Part shown: in pieces, positions 16,435 to 21,572 of the stretch
Position numbering within the stretch: the stretch's first letter is position 1
Layout: every line of letters starts with the position of its first letter
From: Tubiluchus corallicola
Lineage: Eukaryota > Animalia > Priapulida
Direction: 5' to 3'
NCBI GenBank assembly: GCA_030141605.1
Contig: JAQGDQ010002479.1
Location: 1-21,572 of the forward strand
Length of the DNA: 21,572 nt
The notes under the pieces: generated by a model
What the model was told of the DNA's origin: nothing
Database searches by the model: none
What the model saw: only the letters and a program-made list of their open reading frames with translations
Position numbers and translations under genes: made by a program

Positions 16435-19362
16435 TTATTCCTGTTTTAAAGCACCGCACAATACTTCCACAGGGTGTAATGCTTCTACGCTTGCAAGTTC
16501 TTCTATTTGCTGCCTACACGATGTTCCAGAGGCAATGACTGTGGTATTAGGTTTCATTTTTTTTATTTCTGGAATCACCACAAGATTTGCTATTTTTTGC
16601 GATATGTTATAATGTTCTTTCTCATACCCAAACGAGCCGGCCATACCACAACAACCTGAGGGTATTTCGCTTACTTCATAGTTCTTAGGGAGGTTTAAAA
16701 TATCTAATATTGGTTGAGTTGAAGACAACGATTTTTGAAAGCAGTGTGCGTGTAATTTCATTTTTAGACTATTATGGCTGAATTGCTCGCTTGTTATATG
16801 CTTTTTTGCTATTTCCTCCGCCAAGAACTCTTCTATTAGAAAGCTGTTAGTCGCTATATGCCTTGCATCCTTCACTAGTTTATTGTCTACCAACTCTGGA
16901 TATTCATCTTTAAAAACCAACAAGCACGAAGGTTCAATACCTATAAGAGGAGTATCTTTTGATATTTTATCTTTCAACAAATTTATATTTTTATTAGCTA
17001 TATATTTAGCTCTTTTTAGCAAACCCTTAGAAATCAATACTCTACCACTTTCTTTATGTTTCGGGATTTCTACATAATACCCCAAGCCTGTAAGGAGTTT
17101 AACAGCAGCAATACCTACTTTTACATCGTAATAGTTGGTAAACTCATCTGCTAATAAATAGACTTTTGCTTTATTACTGTTTTTATTCAAGGCTTTTAAA
17201 TTTCTTTTTGCCCACTTTTGCAATGTTATTTTATACAATTTGGGCAATCTTCGTTCTCTTGCTATTCCTAATATGTTTTTTATTAACAATGAAATGGCTT
17301 TTATCCCTAGTAATTTATTATAAACATTGGGGAATACAGATGCTATCTTGTTTACCCTATGTAAACGAGCAAATAGTTTTACCCGCAAAGGCACTCCATA
17401 TTTATCGTAGTAATGTTGCAAAAATTCCGCTTTTAACTTAGCCATATCTACATTTGAAGGGCATTCCGACTTACAAGCCTTACACTGCAAACATAACTCT
17501 AAAACACTGTACAACTCTTTATTGGCTAAGGGATTTTTGTTTCTTGAAAAAGAAATAAACTCTCTCAACATATTGGCTCTTGCACGTGTAGTATGTTTTT
17601 CCTCGTGTGTGGCCATATAACTAGGACACATTGTGCCTCCTATTAATGCCGATTTTCTACAGTCTCCAGAACCATTACATTGTTCTACGGCTCTTTGTAT
17701 TCCTTGTGTTTTTGAAAAATCAAAATAAGTTTTTATCTCTTTTGTTTTTTGATTTTCTGTATATTTTAAGTTTTCGGTTATGGAACTAGCATCTACTATT
17801 TTATAAGGGTTGAAAATATTGGAAGGGTCAAATACTTTTTTTATCTCTTTGCACAGCTTATAATTTTTCTCTCCTACAATAATAGGAATAAACTCCGACC
17901 TTAACCTACCGTCTCCGTGTTCGCCACTCAACGAGCCTTTATATTTCTTTACCAACTGTGCTACTGCCAAACCTATTTCATAAAAAATTTGTCTATCCTT
18001 CTTTTCTTTTAAATTTAACACTGGTCGCAAATGTAACTCTCCTGAACCTATATGAGCATAATACACACATTTTAGATTGTATTGCCTCAATATTGCGTTA
18101 AATTCTTTAATATACCTTGGTAGTACTTTAGGATTTACAGCCGTATCTTCTACTATCGTTACTGGCTTTTTATCACCTCTAATATTAGAGAGCGAGCCAA
18201 GACCAGCCTTTCGCAAAGCCCAGACTTTATTAATATCGGTGCCTTCTACTAATGGGAAATGATAACCATAACCTGATTGACGCATCAAAGCTTCTGTCTC
18301 TTTTGCCAGTGCTTTCAACTCTTTCAAGCTCTCTCTTGCCCATTCTATTATTAGTATTGCCTTGGGAGTACCTTTAATAAAAAATCTGTTTTTTTGCTGC
18401 AACAAATTATTTGCCGTACTACTGATAATGGCTTCATCTATCATTTCAATAGAGTTAGGTTTTTGTTGAAGAGCAAGCAAGTTGGCATCAAATGCTTCTT
18501 CCAGTTTATCAAAATGCACACACAGTAATCCTTTATGCTTTGGAGGCACAGGCACAAGATTGAGCTTCGCTTCTGTAACAAAAGCTAAAGTTCCCTCCGA
18601 ACCTGCTATCAGTTTACAGAGGTTAAACCCCTCTCCTCTCCTATTAAAAGGCTTTTGTTGCAACAATAAGTCTATGGCATACCCTGTGTTTCTTCTTTTT
18701 ATTTCAGGGTCTGGGTATTGGCGGGTAATTTCCTTTTGATTTTCACTGTCGGACAATATCTCGTCTATTTGTTTGTATATTTTACTTTCTAAGGTATTCC
18801 CCTCTAATTTCTGTAGATATTCCTCTGTGGTCAGTTCTTTGAGGATAATTTCTGAACCATCGCTCAATAAGGCATTTATTTCGAGTGTGTGGTCTCTGGT
18901 AGAACCATAGATAATAGAATTAGCTCCGCAAGAGTTGTTGCCTAGCATCCCTCCTATCATACAACGATTTGAAGTAGATGTTTCTGGGGGGAAAAATAAG
19001 CCATAACGTTTCAACTCTATATTTAATTCATCTAAAACAACAGCAGGTTGAACTTTTACCCATCTCTCTTTTGTATTTACTTCTAGTATTTGGTTCATAT
19101 ACTTAGAAGTATCCACAATTATTCCATCGCTTACAACTTGTCCTGCCAGTGATGTTCCTGCCGTTCTTGGCGTAATTGATATATTGTTTTTCTTCGCAAA
19201 TTCTATTACTTTTTTAATATCGTCTTTGTCTTTGGGATATACAACTGCCAAAGGTTTTTGCTTGTAAGGCGATGCATCGGTAGCGTACATTATCTTATGG
19301 CTTATATCGTTAAAAACCTCTCCTTTTATTTCTTCGCTTAGTTGCTGAAATATGGCAGACAT
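16435..19362 (-). CDS. FAD-linked oxidase fused to a 4Fe-4S/CCG domain (YdiJ / GlcD-GlcF-like 2-hydroxyacid dehydrogenase)
   Basis: YATDAS, PRTAGTSLAGQ, GGMLGNNSCG, GSEGTL, GELHLRP, SGEHGDG, CLQCKACKSECP, GCCGMAGSFG and GTSCRQQI. Confidence 0.93.
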   Translation of the reverse strand: MSAIFQQLSEEIKGEVFNDISHKIMYATDASPYKQKPLAVVYPKDKDDIKKVIEFAKKNNISITPRTAGTSLAGQVVSDGIIVDTSKYMNQILEVNTKERWVKVQPAVVLDELNIELKRYGLFFPPETSTSNRCMIGGMLGNNSCGANSIIYGSTRDHTLEINALLSDGSEIILKELTTEEYLQKLEGNTLESKIYKQIDEILSDSENQKEITRQYPDPEIKRRNTGYAIDLLLQQKPFNRRGEGFNLCKLIAGSEGTLAFVTEAKLNLVPVPPKHKGLLCVHFDKLEEAFDANLLALQQKPNSIEMIDEAIISSTANNLLQQKNRFFIKGTPKAILIIEWARESLKELKALAKETEALMRQSGYGYHFPLVEGTDINKVWALRKAGLGSLSNIRGDKKPVTIVEDTAVNPKVLPRYIKEFNAILRQYNLKCVYYAHIGSGELHLRPVLNLKEKKDRQIFYEIGLAVAQLVKKYKGSLSGEHGDGRLRSEFIPIIVGEKNYKLCKEIKKVFDPSNIFNPYKIVDASSITENLKYTENQKTKEIKTYFDFSKTQGIQRAVEQCNGSGDCRKSALIGGTMCPSYMATHEEKHTTRARANMLREFISFSRNKNPLANKELYSVLELCLQCKACKSECPSNVDMAKLKAEFLQHYYDKYGVPLRVKLFARLHRVNKIASVFPNVYNKLLGIKAISLLIKNILGIARERRLPKLYKITLQKWAKRNLKALNKNSNKAKVYLLADEFTNYYDVKVGIAAVKLLTGLGYYVEIPKHKESGRVLISKGLLKRAKYIANKNINLLKDKISKDTPLIGIEPSCLLVFKDEYPELVDNKLVKDARHIATNSFLIEEFLAEEIAKKHITSEQFSHNSLKMKLHAHCFQKSLSSTQPILDILNLPKNYEVSEIPSGCCGMAGSFGYEKEHYNISQKIANLVVIPEIKKMKPNTTVIASGTSCRQQIEELASVEALHPVEVLCGALKQE

Positions 19363-19402
19363 ATTAAATTTGTTTTACTTTATGGAATTCAAAAATTCTA
19401 CA

Positions 19403-19410
19403 CAAAGCTA
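19403..19410 (-). promoter_or_regulatory. Candidate -7 element (TAGCTTTG) for the oxidoreductase gene
   Basis: Matches TAnnTTTG on the minus strand, about 40 nt upstream of the start at 19362. Confidence 0.45.
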
Positions 19411-19496
19411 CTATAAAAATAACACTATATCTTAGTGAGTTTAAACGAATATTTTTTGCAAGCTACTGACAAGCAGACTTATAAGTTCTTTTTGCC

Positions 19497-21572
19497 ATTG
19501 TGAATTGCTTTTAAATTGTATCTTTGTATAGGAACAACCCCATTCCTCCATTACTTCTACGTGTTGTGAATTGCTTTTAAATTGTATCTTTGTATAGGAA
19601 TCATTTGAGAACTCAAAAGTAATCCCGTGTTGTGAATTGCTTTTAAATTGTATCTTTGTATAGGAAGATTTTTATAGAGGACAAAGACGGCAAGTTGTGA
19701 ATTGCTTTTAAATTGTATCTTTGTATAGGGGGTGGATGTGAAGCACGAGGGGCTGGGCTGTTGTGAATTGCTTTTAAATTGTATCTTTGTATAGGAGCGG
19801 GTTTGCTAACAGAAAATAAGATAGGGTTGTGAATTGCTTTTAAATTGTATCTTTGTATAGGATCTAAAACAAAGTATATAGTACGTTCTTGTTGTGAATT
19901 GCTTTTAAATTGTATCTTTGTATAGGCGAAGGGGCAGGAGTTTAGAGTTACTTCTCGTTGTGAATTGCTTTTAAATTGTATCTTTGTATAGGGAAATTGT
20001 GTTGTGAGGAAAATCCCATTGGTTGTGAATTGCTTTTAAATTGTATCTTTGTATAGGATTGGTATGACAAACAAAAAACAAACTCTTGTTGTGAATTGCT
20101 TTTAAATTGTATCTTTGTATAGGAGCAAGATAAATTACAGTTTGACGTAGTTGGTTGTGAATTGCTTTTAAATTGTATCTTTGTATAGGTTATCTTTATA
20201 CTATAATAACAATAACAAGTTGTGAATTGCTTTTAAATTGTATCTTTGTATAGGCTTTATGTTTTTTGTTTTTAATCCTTCTTAGTTGTGAATTGCTTTT
20301 AAATTGTATCTTTGTATAGGGATCAATATTACTCCCTTGAAAATTTAATAGTTGTGAATTGCTTTTAAATTGTATCTTTGTATAGGAAGGAGGTGGTATG
20401 GAAAAAATTCTAATAAGTTGTGAATTGCTTTTAAATTGTATCTTTGTATAGGGGGTCTGTTGGAAGTCGTTAACTCAGAAGAGTTGTGAATTGCTTTTAA
20501 ATTGTATCTTTGTATAGGCAATGAAGACAACAATACTTAAATTACTCAGTTGTGAATTGCTTTTAAATTGTATCTTTGTATAGGCTGCAAACCACGTTAA
20601 GCGTGTTATGTTTGTTGTGAATTGCTTTTAAATTGTATCTTTGTATAGGCAAATAGCGGATAAACCAAATGGCATAGAGGTTGTGAATTGCTTTTAAATT
20701 GTATCTTTGTATAGGTAGAAAGAATTTTAAGACAACCTCAACACAGTTGTGAATTGCTTTTAAATTGTATCTTTGTATAGGAATTAATAACTACTAATTA
20801 GTTGCAATAAGTTGTGAATTGCTTTTAAATTGTATCTTTGTATAGGTCCGCCTCACAAGAGGAGCTATCAAGTCCTGTTGTGAATTGCTTTTAAATTGTA
20901 TCTTTGTATAGGTCCGCCTCACAAGAGGAGCTATCAAGTCCTGTTGTGAATTGCTTTTAAATTGTATCTTTGTATAGGGGATGCTGTTGGGGATATATCT
21001 GATTTTGAGTTGTGAATTGCTTTTAAATTGTATCTTTGTATAGGGAAGATTTTTGTTGAAGACAAAGATGGCAAGTTGTGAATTGCTTTTAAATTGTATC
21101 TTTGTATAGGACAACTTTTGTTTTTAAAAATTTCTTTTCAGTTGTGAATTGCTTTTAAATTGTATCTTTGTATAGGGGATGCTGTTGGGGATATATCTGA
21201 TTTTGAGTTGTGAATTGCTTTTAAATTGTATCTTTGTATAGGGAAGATTTTTGTTGAAGACAAAGATGGCAAGTTGTGAATTGCTTTTAAATTGTATCTT
21301 TGTATAGGACAACTTTTGTTTTTAAAAATTTCTTTTCAGTTGTGAATTGCTTTTAAATTGTATCTTTGTATAGGCCCAACGACTGGGGCTGTCGCTGCAC
21401 TGTAGTTGTGAATTGCTTTTAAATTGTATCTTTGTATAGGGTTTCGTAAGATTCGATGAGATCTTTCACAGTTGTGAATTGCTTTTAAATTGTATCTTTG
21501 TATAGGGCTTCTTTCAGTTTATCCACATTTTCCTGAGTTGTGAATTGCTTTTAAATTGTATCTTTGTATAGG
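19497..21572 (+). CRISPR. CRISPR array: 32 repeats GTTGTGAATTGCTTTTAAATTGTATCTTTGTATAGG (36 nt), 31 spacers of 29-30 nt (27 unique), type II-C-like, running to the window end
   Basis: Repeats counted directly; only the first differs (G1>A at 19497). The GTTGTGA.TTGCTTT start and 30-nt spacers resemble Bacteroidota type II-C arrays. No cas genes in the window, so the type is inferred. Confidence 0.98.

Noticed and set aside
2639-18739. Short antisense or overlapping ORFs in the six-frame track (including 16277-16612)
   Set aside because: They overlap well-supported genes on the opposite strand and have no recognisable motifs.
19398-19419. Partial anti-repeat (17/22 match) as tracrRNA
   Set aside because: It matches the promoter-like 3' part of the repeat, not the GTTGTGAATTGC part a tracrRNA should pair with. 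It coincides with the oxidoreductase -7 element.
20345-21312. Minus-strand ORFs within the CRISPR array
   Set aside because: Artefacts of the 66-bp period translating the repeats.

Overview
AT-rich window, probably from a Bacteroidota genome (TAnnTTTG promoter motifs, few Shine-Dalgarno sites, typical gene families). From left to right: the 3' end of an unknown CDS and an orphan RHS-core remnant; a ~130-bp imperfect stem-loop; and an unannotated array of ten ~68-bp tandem units (655-1337) with degenerate flanking copies. Eight units carry a 12-codon two-cysteine mini-ORF on the minus strand, two carry a frameshifted 15-codon variant, and the + strand has a short hairpin plus U-tract in most units. 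Beside the array, divergent from its mini-ORFs, lie a membrane-anchored TPR-CHAT (caspase-like) protease and a macroglobulin-like/TonB-plug protein. These are followed by coaD, a TolC/adaptor/RND efflux operon, a GT22 (PIG-B/Alg9-like) glycosyltransferase enclosed by ~165-bp inverted repeats, and a YdiJ/GlcD-GlcF-like FAD/Fe-S oxidoreductase. The window ends in a CRISPR array of 32 repeats (36 nt) and 31 spacers (29-30 nt), type II-C-like, with no cas genes in view. The best candidate for an undescribed system is the 68-bp array next to the TPR-CHAT locus; its function is inference only.
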